A DNA stretch of 64,000 nucleotides from positions 512,001 to 576,000 of the forward strand of contig CBDATQ010000001.1 in assembly GCA_965199955.1 (NCBI GenBank), written 5' to 3'. Origin of the DNA: Spirochaetia bacterium. Lineage in GTDB: Bacteria; Spirochaetota; Spirochaetia; SZUA-6; Bin103. Position numbers and translations under genes: made by a program. The notes beneath the pieces were generated by a model, which saw nothing but the letters and a program-made list of their open reading frames with translations, had not been told where the DNA came from and did no database searches. Shown in pieces: positions 48,469-60,791 of this stretch. Numbering within the stretch: position 1 is the first letter of the stretch; each line of letters starts with the position of its first letter.

Positions 48469-49416
48469 ATGGAACGACGAGAGTTGGCCGGCATGCCCGA
48501 GGGAGTCTCGGTCATCACGCTCGGGACCATGCTGTTCGGGCGTCCCGTGCCGAAGCAGGAGGCCATCGGGCAGGTCCACGCCGCCCTCGATCTGGGCGTC
48601 AACCTGTTCGACACCGCCGACATCTACGAGGGCTACGACCGCTTTCTGGGCTCGCCCGGCGGGGTCGCCGAGACGATCCTGGGCGAGGCGCTGCGCGGCC
48701 GGCGCGACCGGGCGCACATCACCACCAAGGTCGGCAACCCGGTCGGCAGCGGGCAGGACGGCGGCCATCCGGCCGGCGCCGGCTATGCCGGAACCGGCCT
48801 GGGGCCGGAGCACGTCGAGCAGCAGATCGACGCCAGCCTCAGGCGCCTGCGCACCGACTACGTGGACTATTACCTGCTGCACATTGCCGACGCGGACACG
48901 CCGCTCGAGGACACGCTCGGCGCCGTCGACCGGCTGGTGCGGGCCGGCAAGGTGCGGCACTGGGGCTTCTCCAACTTCGATGCGGCACAGATCGACACGA
49001 TGCTCGACCTGTGCCGCGCCGGCGTGGCGGCGCCGCCGGTGGTGGCGCAGCCCTGCTACAACTGGCTGGAGCGGGACGTGGAGTCCGGCTACCTGCCGGC
49101 CTGCCGGCGTGCGGGCATCGGGATCACCCCATACCGGCCGCTGGCGGGCGGCCTGCTGAGCGGCAAGTACCGTCCCGGCGGGACGCCTCCGGCCGGCAGC
49201 CGCGCCGTGGAGTCGGCCTGGATCGACGCGGCGGAGATCCCGCACGAACGGCTGCGTCCGTTCGACGAAGAGGCGGCCGCCGCGGGCGTCCCGCCGGCCT
49301 GTCATGCGGTCCGCTGGCTGCTCGAACGGGAAGGGGTGGTGTCGGTCGTGACCGGGGTGAAGTCGACCTCTCAGCTCGAGGGGCTGGCGGCGTGCGTGCC
49401 GGGGCGGGAGGCATGA
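48469..49416 (+). CDS. aldo/keto reductase
   Basis: LGTMLFG, FDTADIY, ITTKVG, SLRRLRTDYVD, GKVRHWGFSN, PLAGGLLSGKY. Confidence 0.93.
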   Translation: MERRELAGMPEGVSVITLGTMLFGRPVPKQEAIGQVHAALDLGVNLFDTADIYEGYDRFLGSPGGVAETILGEALRGRRDRAHITTKVGNPVGSGQDGGHPAGAGYAGTGLGPEHVEQQIDASLRRLRTDYVDYYLLHIADADTPLEDTLGAVDRLVRAGKVRHWGFSNFDAAQIDTMLDLCRAGVAAPPVVAQPCYNWLERDVESGYLPACRRAGIGITPYRPLAGGLLSGKYRPGGTPPAGSRAVESAWIDAAEIPHERLRPFDEEAAAAGVPPACHAVRWLLEREGVVSVVTGVKSTSQLEGLAACVPGREA

Positions 49417-50597
49417 CCGCCCGGGCCGCGGGTGGCGCGGTCGACCAGGACCGTCTGTTGGCGACCGCCATGTCGCTGATGGAGGTCCCCAGTCCCACGG
49501 GAGAGGCCGGAGCGGCCGCCGACCGGCTGGCCGAGTTGTTGGCGGAGGATGGCTTCGCGGTGGAGCGCATGGCCGCGGGACATCCGGATGCCGCGGCCGT
49601 GATCACGCGCCTCGCCGGCGAGCGGCCCGGACCTACCCTGCAGTTCGACGGCCACCTGGACACCGTCCACCTGCCCTACCGGCCGCCGCGGCTGGAAGGC
49701 GGGGTGCTGGCCGGCACCGGCGCGGCCGACATGAAGGCTGGGATCGCCGCGGCCGTGGAGGCGCTGCGCGCGGTGCGCGACGCCGGCGGCCTGCCGGCGG
49801 GCGGCCTGCTGTTGACCGCGCACGACCTGCACGAGGCGCCGTGGGGCTACGGCGAGCAGCTCGACGCCATGATCGCCGCGGGCGTGGCCGGCGACGCGGT
49901 GATGCTGCCCGAGTACGAGGGGGCGGAGCTGCCGGTGTCCGGGCGCGGCAACGCGGTGATCACCGTGACGGTGCGGCGCGACGGCGAGCCCATGCACGAG
50001 GTCCTGGGCGGAGCGGAGCAGCCCGACGTGATCGCCGCTGGCGCCGCGCTGACGCTGGGCCTGAAGGAGCTGGCCGCCGAGCTCGCCTCCGAAGGCGAGA
50101 GCGTGGCCGGCCGCGCCAGCGTGTTCATCGGCACGGTCGCGGGCGGGCAGATGTTCAACCAGGCGCCGGTCGAGCTCACGCTGGAGGGGACGCAGCGCTG
50201 GCTGCCCGGCATCCGCCCGGAAGCGGCCGAACGGCGGCTGCGCGACTGCCTGGCCCGGCACACGCCGCCGGGGATCCACGTAGACTGCCGCTGGCAACTC
50301 GTCCGCGGCGGCTTCGAGCTGGATTTCCGGCACCCGGTGGTGGATGCCTTCGATCGCGCGGTGGCCGCCGAGCTCGGCGCGCCGCTGCCGCGCGGCCCCA
50401 AGCGCTTTGCCGATGACGGCAACAGCTTCAGCGACCTGGCCGGGATCCCGGCCATCACGCACGGGCCGCGCGCCACCGGCGCGCACACCGTCGACGAGCG
50501 GGTCGCGGTGGACGAGCTGACCCGCGTGGCGCGCGTGTACGCGGCGACGGCCTTGCGCTACTGCGCCACCGGCGGCGCCGGGGACCTGCGGCGGTAG
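49413..50597 (+). CDS. M20 family metallopeptidase/deacylase (ArgE/DapE-like)
   Basis: SPTGE, FDGHLDTV, GAADMKAG, HDLHE, AHTVDE; ATGA overlap. Confidence 0.88.
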   Translation: MTARAAGGAVDQDRLLATAMSLMEVPSPTGEAGAAADRLAELLAEDGFAVERMAAGHPDAAAVITRLAGERPGPTLQFDGHLDTVHLPYRPPRLEGGVLAGTGAADMKAGIAAAVEALRAVRDAGGLPAGGLLLTAHDLHEAPWGYGEQLDAMIAAGVAGDAVMLPEYEGAELPVSGRGNAVITVTVRRDGEPMHEVLGGAEQPDVIAAGAALTLGLKELAAELASEGESVAGRASVFIGTVAGGQMFNQAPVELTLEGTQRWLPGIRPEAAERRLRDCLARHTPPGIHVDCRWQLVRGGFELDFRHPVVDAFDRAVAAELGAPLPRGPKRFADDGNSFSDLAGIPAITHGPRATGAHTVDERVAVDELTRVARVYAATALRYCATGGAGDLRR

Positions 50598-51820
50598 AGC
50601 CGGTAGAGGACGATCGCCAGCACGGCGGCGACGCAGCCGGCGACGAACACCGGATCGTAGCCCCAGGCGGCGATCACCGGGCCGCCGCCGAAGCCGACCG
50701 CGATGAAGGACAGCGCCGCCGCCGTCTCGGTGGCGCCCGCCATCTTGGTCCGCCAGCGTCCGGACACGCTGCTCATGGCGGTGAGCAGGATGGCGGTGCG
50801 GGCGATGTGGGTGATGCCGTTGAAGCCGATCAGTGTGACGAGCGCGCCGGGGCGCGAGTCGAACAGGGCGATCGGCAGCATCACCAGCGCCACCGCCGCC
50901 ATGGAGACGTACAGCGTGCGGTCGGCGCCGAAGCGGCGGATCAACTCAGCGGACGCCAGCACCAGCGGGATGGCGAGCGCCATGGACGCCGACCACGCGG
51001 TGCCGATCGCCTGTGAGGTGGCGCCCTGCACCTGGTCCAGAAACACGCTGCCGTAGGTGTACATGATCGCGCCCGGCGTCACCCGCAGCCACATCATCAG
51101 GAACATGACCGCGATCGCCAGCAGCGGCATCCGCTCGTCCGACGGCGGAGCGGCCTGCCCGGCGCGCGCGGGCGGCTCCGGGCCGACGTCCGCCGCGCGC
51201 GAGATCAGGTAGGCTGCAGGCATCGTCGCCACGCCCACCAGCAGCAGCGTCAGGGCGAACGGCTCGGCGTGCTGCTGGGTGAGCCGCAGGAGGTCGGCCG
51301 AGGCAGCCGACAGGAAGCCGCCGACCAGGCTGCCGACCAGGCCGCCGGCCATTCCCGACGCCGCCCACGGGGCATAGGCGCGGGCGTGGGTGCTGGGGGT
51401 CGAGGCGGCCATCAGGTACGGCTGCAGCGCCACCGTGTACAGACCCAGTCCCAGCGAGCGGAACAGCATGATGCACAGGACGAACGGGGTGCGCCCCGCC
51501 GCCGGCATGAACAGCGCGAGCGGGACCAGCACATTGCTGGTCTGTGCCAGCAGCGCCCCCAGCATCATCGCCGTCCGCGGGCGCATCCGGAACGGCAGGC
51601 CGCCGGCGCTCACCGCCACCGCGCAGGCGGCGTACATCACTACGCTGATCGCGTGCAGGCGGCCGACCGCGGTGACGTCGTATCCCAGACGCAGCAGGAA
51701 CAGGTTCATCACCGCGCTCTGCACCCCGAACACGGTGGTGGAGATCATCAGGTCGGCGCCGAGCACCCACCAGAGGTCGCGGCCGAGCCCGGCGGCGTGG
51801 GGCCGCAGTCGAGCGCTCAG
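50558..51820 (-). CDS. MFS transporter
   Basis: about 12 hydrophobic segments, RRFGADR loop; start uncertain (GTG 51766 or CTG 51820). Confidence 0.85.
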   Translation of the reverse strand: MSARLRPHAAGLGRDLWWVLGADLMISTTVFGVQSAVMNLFLLRLGYDVTAVGRLHAISVVMYAACAVAVSAGGLPFRMRPRTAMMLGALLAQTSNVLVPLALFMPAAGRTPFVLCIMLFRSLGLGLYTVALQPYLMAASTPSTHARAYAPWAASGMAGGLVGSLVGGFLSAASADLLRLTQQHAEPFALTLLLVGVATMPAAYLISRAADVGPEPPARAGQAAPPSDERMPLLAIAVMFLMMWLRVTPGAIMYTYGSVFLDQVQGATSQAIGTAWSASMALAIPLVLASAELIRRFGADRTLYVSMAAVALVMLPIALFDSRPGALVTLIGFNGITHIARTAILLTAMSSVSGRWRTKMAGATETAAALSFIAVGFGGGPVIAAWGYDPVFVAGCVAAVLAIVLYRLYRRRSPAPPVAQ

Positions 51821-51825
51821 AGGAG

Positions 51826-52815
51826 TTAGCTGACGACGTTGCGCGGCTCGCCGCGCAGGAACGCCAGGATGTTGTCGACGGCGCCGCCGTTCAGCAGGTC
51901 CACGCCCTCGGGAGTGGTGTCCGCGCAGTGCGGAGTGAGCACCACCTGCTCGCAGGATAGCAGCGGGTCATCGGCCGGCAGCGGTTCCTCGGTGAACACG
52001 TCCAGGCCGGCTCCGTCCAGGTGGCCGGAGTCCAGGGCGGCCTTGAGCGCCGCCGCATCGACGATCGGACCGCGCGCGGTGTTGACCAGCAGCGTACCGG
52101 GCCGCATCAGCGCCAGCTCGCGCGCCCCGATCAGGCCGCGGGTCGTCTCGGTGAGCTTGAGGTGGATGCTCACCGCATCCGCGGTGGACAGCAGCTCGTC
52201 CAGCTCCAGGAAGCGCACCCCCAGCCGCTCCGCGCGCTCGGGCGAGGGATGCGGGGTCCAGGCCACCACCTCCATGCCGAGCGCCTGCCCCAGGCGCGCC
52301 ACGGCGCCGCCGATGTCGCCGGCGCCGATCACCCCCAGCGTCTTGCCGCCCAGAAAGACGTTGTCCATCCGCTCCCACCGGCCCGCGCGCATCGACTCGG
52401 TAAAAAAGGCGGCGCGCTTGGCCGCGGCCATGAGCAGCGCGACGGCGTGCTCGGCGACGATCGGAGCGGTGCGGCCGGGCTGGTTGCAGACCAGGATGCC
52501 CAATTCCCGCGCCACGGCCAGGTCGATGTTGTCGACGCCGATCGAGCAGGTCGCGATCAGCGCCAGCTTCGGCAAGCGGCGGAGGGAGTCTTCGTGCCAG
52601 GACACCTGCGCCCGCGAGTTGAGGATCACGTCCGCGTCGCTCGCGCGCTCCAGCTGTTCCTCGAGTCCGCCCGGCAGGTCGGTGAAGACGGTGACCCGGT
52701 GCGGATCGAGCCGGCGCAACTGTGGGGAGTCGGCGATATGCAGGGGATGATCCCCCGGGATCACGATATGCGCGGGCTCTCGTGCGGTGCGGTCCGGAAG
52801 GGCAGGTGCGCTCAT
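51826..52815 (-). CDS. D-isomer-specific 2-hydroxyacid dehydrogenase (SerA-like)
   Basis: GVDNID, VAEHA, GVIGAGDIG, NTARG, LDVFTEEP, LTPH. Confidence 0.92.
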   Translation of the reverse strand: MSAPALPDRTAREPAHIVIPGDHPLHIADSPQLRRLDPHRVTVFTDLPGGLEEQLERASDADVILNSRAQVSWHEDSLRRLPKLALIATCSIGVDNIDLAVARELGILVCNQPGRTAPIVAEHAVALLMAAAKRAAFFTESMRAGRWERMDNVFLGGKTLGVIGAGDIGGAVARLGQALGMEVVAWTPHPSPERAERLGVRFLELDELLSTADAVSIHLKLTETTRGLIGARELALMRPGTLLVNTARGPIVDAAALKAALDSGHLDGAGLDVFTEEPLPADDPLLSCEQVVLTPHCADTTPEGVDLLNGGAVDNILAFLRGEPRNVVS

Positions 52816-52853
52816 CGCGGCGACAAAGTAGGCGTTGGGCGCATCGCCGACAA

Positions 52854-53726
52854 CTATGACCGGCCCGGCGCCCGGATTTTGTCCTCGTTCAGGCCCAGTG
52901 AGACGAGCATGCGCTCGAACCGTGCGCGCGGCGCACCCTGCCACTGCAGGTCGCCGACGGACTCCGCGATGGGCACGTCGGTCACCAGGGTGGCCAGGCG
53001 CTTGTACAGCAGCGCCCGGTCTCGCCCCGCGTTGAGGTTTCGCGCCAGCGCCTCGGCGCCGCGGGGCCGCACCGACCACTCGCCCGGGTCCTCCGGGATC
53101 GCCTCGATTTTGCCATAGCGGGACAGCACCGTCGCCGCGGTGCGGGCGCCCCAGCGCGGGATGCCCGGCAGCCCGTCGGCGCCGTCACCGACCAGCGCCA
53201 GGAAGTCGGGAACGGACGCGGGCAGCACCCCGAAGCGCTCGCGCACGCCGGCCTCGTCACGGCCCGCGCGCCGGATGCGGTCGAAGGTGACGATGCGCTC
53301 GCCGTCCACGACCTGCGCCAGGTCCTTGTCCGGCGAGCAGATCACCACCTGCTCGACGTGCGGTTGAGCGGCGCATCGCAGCGCTGCCGTGGCCAGGGCG
53401 TCGTCGGCCTCGTACTCGTCCATCGGCCAGGTGACGATGCCGAGCGCCCGCGACGCCTCCTCGGCCTGATCGAACTGGGCCAGCAGCTCCTCCGGGACAC
53501 CGGCGCTCGACTTGTACGGCTTGAACAGCCGGTTGCGGAACGACTCGATGGGGTTGTCGAAGGCGCAGGCGACGTGGGTCACGTCGCGCTGCCGGAGCAG
53601 GGCGGCCAGCGAACGCAGCAGACCGGCAACCGCGCCCACTTCCTGGCCCGACGGCGCGCGCAGGGGCGGCGCGCCGTGGTAGGCGCGAAACAGCTCGAAG
53701 GTACCGTCGACCAGGTGGACCCGCAC
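52854..53726 (-). CDS. 5'-3' exonuclease / flap endonuclease
   Basis: LVDGT..LFRAY, FRN..YK, EADD, DKDLAQ, LVGD..D..PGIPRWG. Confidence 0.92.
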   Translation of the reverse strand: MRVHLVDGTFELFRAYHGAPPLRAPSGQEVGAVAGLLRSLAALLRQRDVTHVACAFDNPIESFRNRLFKPYKSSAGVPEELLAQFDQAEEASRALGIVTWPMDEYEADDALATAALRCAAQPHVEQVVICSPDKDLAQVVDGERIVTFDRIRRAGRDEAGVRERFGVLPASVPDFLALVGDGADGLPGIPRWGARTAATVLSRYGKIEAIPEDPGEWSVRPRGAEALARNLNAGRDRALLYKRLATLVTDVPIAESVGDLQWQGAPRARFERMLVSLGLNEDKIRAPGRS

Positions 53727-53753
53727 CGGTCCGTCAGCCCGGGGGATGGCCCC

Positions 53754-54281
53754 CTACCACCACCCCATCTTGTCGCGCAGCGTGTTGACGTGGGCGATGT
53801 GGTGCTGCCCGTGCCACGCATAGCTCTGCACGATCCAGCCGATGGTGATCACGCCATGCTCGGGGTGATTCAGCGTTCGCTTGAACGCGTCCTCGTCCAG
53901 GGCGCGCAGCGCAGCCACCCAGCGGGCGTGCAGCGCCTCCAGCAGGCTCATGGACGATTCGATCGGGGAGGTCGAGCCGTCGGGCAACTCCGCCCAGGCG
54001 GCCTCGTCATAAGGCTTGATCGTCGGCTCCTCCTCGGTGAGGGCCAGCTTGGTGCGCACGTAGGCGTTCAGGTGGCTGTCCGCCAGATGGTGCACGACCT
54101 GCCGCACGGTCCAGCCGTCCGGCCGGTAGGGGGTGTCGAGCTGGCGCTCGGACAGATCCTGGACCAGGGCGCGCAACTCGCCGGGAACCCGGCCGATCTG
54201 GTCGATCCAGCCCTTGTGCTTCGCGCGGGTGGGCTGCGGATCAAGCTCGAACCTGCCGATCGGAAACCGGAGGGCCTCCAT
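53754..54281 (-). CDS. YfiT/BstA (DinB superfamily) thiol S-transferase
   Basis: LRFPIG, YRPDGWTVRQVVHHLADSH, YDEAAWA, YAWHGQHH. Confidence 0.92.
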   Translation of the reverse strand: MEALRFPIGRFELDPQPTRAKHKGWIDQIGRVPGELRALVQDLSERQLDTPYRPDGWTVRQVVHHLADSHLNAYVRTKLALTEEEPTIKPYDEAAWAELPDGSTSPIESSMSLLEALHARWVAALRALDEDAFKRTLNHPEHGVITIGWIVQSYAWHGQHHIAHVNTLRDKMGWW

Positions 54282-54398
54282 CCGCGCGTCGTCGATGGCC
54301 GCGCCGTCGCTCGTCGTATCGTTAGAGTAGTCTTCCACTAACAAGTTTATACTGCCGCAACGGCCTCTCCGTCGAGCCGTGCTATCGTCAGGGCCGTC

Positions 54399-55475
54399 AT
54401 GGCACACCTGTTCGGACGGACCTTCACGCGGGACGAGTTGCTCGATCTGGTCGGCGACATGAGCCAGGTGGCGGCCGTGCGACGCGCGGAACTGGTCGAG
54501 GGCAACGAGCGCGGCTCGGGGCTGATTGAGGTCACCAACGCCTCCGGCCTGTCCTTTTCGCTGCTGCCGGGGCGCGCCCTGGACATCGCCTCCGCCTTCT
54601 ACCACGGGATGTCGCTCTGTTTCCGCGGCAACACCGGCGACGTGGGGCCGGCCTTCTACGAACCGCCCGGTTACGGCTGGATGCGCGGGTTCTACGGGGG
54701 AATGCTGACCACGTGCGGCATGACCTTCGTGGGCCACCCCGAGGTGGACCCGGAGGAGGAGAACGAGGAGCTCGGCCTGCACGGCCGCATGTCCTTCCTG
54801 CCGGCCAAGCAGGTGCGCGCCGGCGGCCGCTGGCAGGGCGACGACTACGTCATGGAGGCCTCGGGCACGATTCGCGAGGCGGTGGTGTTCGGCACCTGCC
54901 TGGAACTGTCGCGCACGGTGTCGACCACGCTCGGAGAGCGCAGCATCCGCGTCCACGACCGGGTGGAGAACCTGGCCGCCGAACGCTCGCCGCTGATGAT
55001 GCTCTACCACATGAACCCGGGGTTCCCGCTCCTCGATGCCGGCACCCGGCTGGTGGTGAACAGCGAACGGACCACGCGGTGGCAGGACGATGTCGAGGTC
55101 GGGCCCGACGTGTACGCGGTGGCTCCGCCGCCGCAGCCGGGCGGGGGTGACGTGGTGTACGTGCACCGGCCGGTCGCGGACGCCGACGGCATGGCGAGCG
55201 CGGCGCTGCTCAACGATCGCCTCGGCCTGGGGCTCCGCTTCCGCTTCCCGACGGCCGAGGTGCCACTGCTGACGCAGTGGCAGCACTTCGCGACCCGCAC
55301 CTACGTCACCGGCATCGAGCCCGGCAACTGCAGCCCGCTCGGACGCGCCTGGAACCGTGCGAACGGCTACCTCCAGCACATCGAGCCGGGCCAACTGCGC
55401 GAGTTCCACATGGAGATCACGGTGCTGGACGGCGCCGGGGAGCTGGCTGCCGCCGAGCGCGAAATCGCCGGGTGA
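54399..55475 (+). CDS. aldose 1-epimerase family protein (DUF4432)
   Basis: GRALDI, GMLTTCG, GLHGR, LYHMNPGFP, GIEPGN. Confidence 0.88.
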   Translation: MAHLFGRTFTRDELLDLVGDMSQVAAVRRAELVEGNERGSGLIEVTNASGLSFSLLPGRALDIASAFYHGMSLCFRGNTGDVGPAFYEPPGYGWMRGFYGGMLTTCGMTFVGHPEVDPEEENEELGLHGRMSFLPAKQVRAGGRWQGDDYVMEASGTIREAVVFGTCLELSRTVSTTLGERSIRVHDRVENLAAERSPLMMLYHMNPGFPLLDAGTRLVVNSERTTRWQDDVEVGPDVYAVAPPPQPGGGDVVYVHRPVADADGMASAALLNDRLGLGLRFRFPTAEVPLLTQWQHFATRTYVTGIEPGNCSPLGRAWNRANGYLQHIEPGQLREFHMEITVLDGAGELAAAEREIAG

Positions 55476-55493
55476 CGCCCCGGCGTCATACCG

Positions 55494-56918
55494 TCAGAGG
55501 TGGGCGGCGCCGATGTCGGTCGGCAGGTCGACTCCCCCGAGGGATCCGTTTCCGGAGTGTCCGTTGTGGGCGCCCCTCCCGTGCGGCGTGACCGGCCCGT
55601 TGGGCACGTGCACGTGCTCGATCTCCGCGCCCAGTGAGCGGTACACGGCAAGCACGTCCGGGTAGCGGCGGCGCAGGATGTCCGTGCCGTGGATGACGGT
55701 CTCGGCCGGATCGGCCAGCGCGGCCAGGAACAGCGCCTTGACCGACTGGATCACTTCCGGCGGGGTGACCTCTCCGCCGTGGAAACGGGTCGGCGGCTCC
55801 GGCACCACGACCCGCTGCGAGTCGAGCAGCTCGATGTCGGCGCCGAGCTGGTTGAGCTGATGGACGAAGTTCAGCCCGTGCTCGTACATCCAGTTCTGGA
55901 ACAGGATGCGCCCGTTCATCTTGCACGCCAGGGAGACCATCACCGGCAGGACGTCGGTCGGGAAACCCGGCCAGGGTCGCACCGCCAGCTTCGGCAGTCC
56001 GGGGGCGGCCGACGGCAGCAGCTCCGCGTTCAGGAACAGCTCGTCGGTGCCGTCGGCGATCAGGTCGGCGCCGTCGCGGGTGATGGCGAGCCCGAAGCGC
56101 TCGAACCAGTCGATGAGCCCGGTCATGATGTCGGGCAGGTTGGCGCCGCGGATGCGGATCCGGCCGCCGGTCATGCCGGCCGCGACGATGAAGCCGGATA
56201 TGTCCACGTGGTCCGGGGACGGCCGGAAATCGACGGTCTCCGTCCGGCCGTCGATGCCGCCGGTCACGGTCACCCGGTTGGTGTTGATGCCTTCGATCTG
56301 CGCGCCCAAGTCGCACAGCAGGTCGAGCAGGTCGCGCACGTGCGGCTCACAGGCGGCGTCGACGATCTCCACCGTCGTGCCGGTGCCGGCGGCGTACATG
56401 GCGACGTTCTCGGTCGCGGTGACGCTGGCCTCCGGCAGCCAGACGGTGCGCCGGGGCCGGTCGTCGCGCGGTGCGTTGAACCGCAGGTAGCCGTCCACTT
56501 CCTCGACGGTGACGCCGAGCGCCCGGAATGCGGCGATGTGGGTCTCCAGCGCGCGCTGCCCGAGGCGGCAACCGCCCGGCATCGGCAGCTCGGCCACGCC
56601 GAAGCGGGCCAGCAACGGCCCGACAAACAGCACCGGTGCGCGAAACCGGGAGCCGAGATCGGCGTCGACCCGATGCGACGAGACGGGCCGGCAGTCGATG
56701 GTGACGTCGCGGCCGGCCTCTTCCACGGCCGCCCCCCAGTGGCGGTAGATGGACAGGAACGTCTCCACGTCGCTAGTTGCCGGCAGGTCGCGAAAGCGCA
56801 CGGGACGATTGCACATCACCGCCACCGGCAATGCCGCCATCAGAGAATTCTTGTTCTGGATCGGCAGGACCGTCCCGCTCAGCCGGTGACCGCCCACGAT
56901 CCGATACGTCCCGTTTAT
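55494..56918 (-). CDS. murA: UDP-N-acetylglucosamine 1-carboxyvinyltransferase-like (divergent MurA)
   Basis: KNS, GPLLARFG, PGGCRLGQR, SVTATEN, EPHV.DL, PGFPTD; start at ATA 56918 or ATG 56951. Confidence 0.8.
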   Translation of the reverse strand: MNGTYRIVGGHRLSGTVLPIQNKNSLMAALPVAVMCNRPVRFRDLPATSDVETFLSIYRHWGAAVEEAGRDVTIDCRPVSSHRVDADLGSRFRAPVLFVGPLLARFGVAELPMPGGCRLGQRALETHIAAFRALGVTVEEVDGYLRFNAPRDDRPRRTVWLPEASVTATENVAMYAAGTGTTVEIVDAACEPHVRDLLDLLCDLGAQIEGINTNRVTVTGGIDGRTETVDFRPSPDHVDISGFIVAAGMTGGRIRIRGANLPDIMTGLIDWFERFGLAITRDGADLIADGTDELFLNAELLPSAAPGLPKLAVRPWPGFPTDVLPVMVSLACKMNGRILFQNWMYEHGLNFVHQLNQLGADIELLDSQRVVVPEPPTRFHGGEVTPPEVIQSVKALFLAALADPAETVIHGTDILRRRYPDVLAVYRSLGAEIEHVHVPNGPVTPHGRGAHNGHSGNGSLGGVDLPTDIGAAHL

Positions 56919-57181
56919 CGTACTCCCCTCCCTACGGTAAGGTGCCACCATACCATGACTTGCGTAGATGGCACAACGGGCGCCGGAAGCGCGTTCCGTA
57001 CGGTCAACGACGGCTCCCTGCGTGCTCGGTCGTGAGCTCGACAACATGTTTCGCCCTCCCGACCTTCATTGTCGGCAGGGATCGATGAAAGCTGTTGTCC
57101 CGCGCGCGCTTTCCAGGGCAACTGCGGCGCCGCTCGCCGGGCGTGCGTAAGAACCACCGGCTCCGCGCGGTCCAGACCGCG

Positions 57182-58384
57182 ATGATGAAGTTTCAGTCCT
57201 CCCACGCGCGTGTCGCGTTCGCCATCGTCGCCGTTGCGATCCTGGCCGTCGCCGGGGTCTCGATCGCCGGCCCGCGGGCGGAGGCCTCCGCGATGCCGGC
57301 CGATGCCGGGAGCGTCGAGCTGCTTCCCTCCGAGTCGGCGCCGCCGGGCGCAACCCGGCAGTTCCGGACCGACTTCAGCCGCCACACGGTGCCCTACTCG
57401 CAGATCCTCTCCGGCGGTCCGCCCAAGGACGGCATCCCGGCGGTCGACAACCCGCAGTACCTGTCGGTCGCCGACGCCGATGCCTGGCTCGATCCCCTTG
57501 AGCCGGTCGCCGTGATCGAGGCCGGCGGACGGGTGCGCGCGTATCCGATCCAGGTCCTGACCTGGCACGAGATCGTCAACGACCAGCTCGGCGACCTGCC
57601 GGTGACGGTCACATTCTGCCCGCTCTGCAACACCGCGATCGCCTTCGACCGCCGTTTCGACGACCAGGTGCTGGATTTCGGCACGACCGGGCGGCTGTAT
57701 TACAGCAACCTGATCATGTACGACCGGCAGACCGAGACGTGGTGGCAGCAGGCCACGGGCGAGGGGATCGCCGGCATCTACGCGGGCAGCCGGCTGCGCT
57801 TCGTGCCGCTGGCGATGATCAGTTGGGAGGACTTCAAGGCCTCCTTCCCGGACGGCGACGTCGTGTCCAGTGACACGGGCCATCGGCGCCAGTACGGCAT
57901 GAATCCCTACGGAGGCTACGACCACGAAGGGAGCCGCCCGTTCCTGTACCGCGGTCCCGCCACGCCGGCCGACCTTCCCGCGATGGCGCGGGTGCTGACC
58001 ATCGAGCTGGATGACGAGGCGGTCGCCTATCCCTACGCACTGCTGCAGGAGCGCCGCGTGGTGAACGACCAGGTGGGTGGAACGCCGGTCGCGGTGCTGT
58101 GGGCGGAGGGGACGGCATCGGCTCTCGACCACTCGGTGATCTCCTCCGGCCGGGACGTGGGCGCCGCGGTGCCCTTCTCCCGCCAGGTCGGGGACCGGGT
58201 GCTGGAGTTCGAGTTGCGCGACGGCCGCATCGTCGACACGGCCACGGCATCGGTGTGGAACCACTTGGGCCGGGCGGTGGAAGGCGAGCTTGCCGACACG
58301 CAGCTGGTGCCGGTCGTGGGGGTGAACCACTTCTGGTTCTCGTGGGCGGCCTTTCGGCCGCAGACACGCGTCTTCAGCGGCTGA
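57182..58384 (+). CDS. DUF3179 domain secreted protein
   Basis: signal peptide, SGGPPKDGIP, WHEIVND, TFCPLCN, SNLIMYDRQTET.W.Q, FWFSW. Confidence 0.9.
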   Translation: MMKFQSSHARVAFAIVAVAILAVAGVSIAGPRAEASAMPADAGSVELLPSESAPPGATRQFRTDFSRHTVPYSQILSGGPPKDGIPAVDNPQYLSVADADAWLDPLEPVAVIEAGGRVRAYPIQVLTWHEIVNDQLGDLPVTVTFCPLCNTAIAFDRRFDDQVLDFGTTGRLYYSNLIMYDRQTETWWQQATGEGIAGIYAGSRLRFVPLAMISWEDFKASFPDGDVVSSDTGHRRQYGMNPYGGYDHEGSRPFLYRGPATPADLPAMARVLTIELDDEAVAYPYALLQERRVVNDQVGGTPVAVLWAEGTASALDHSVISSGRDVGAAVPFSRQVGDRVLEFELRDGRIVDTATASVWNHLGRAVEGELADTQLVPVVGVNHFWFSWAAFRPQTRVFSG

Positions 58385-58502
58385 TCCCCGGCGCGGCGCG
58401 TTGACCGCCGCATGGCCGGCGGGTATGTTCTGGCCTCTACGGTGCCTGTGTGAAGCGGGCGCCGACCGCGGACGGGGTAGAGTCGGCGGAGGGGATGACA
58501 GG

Positions 58503-60773
<2,271 letters not shown>

Positions 60774-60791
60774 GCGCCGCCGTAGATCGAC

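Noticed and set aside
57182..58384. Selenoprotein form of DUF3179
   Set aside because: Motif is CPLC with TGC codons and there is no in-frame TGA
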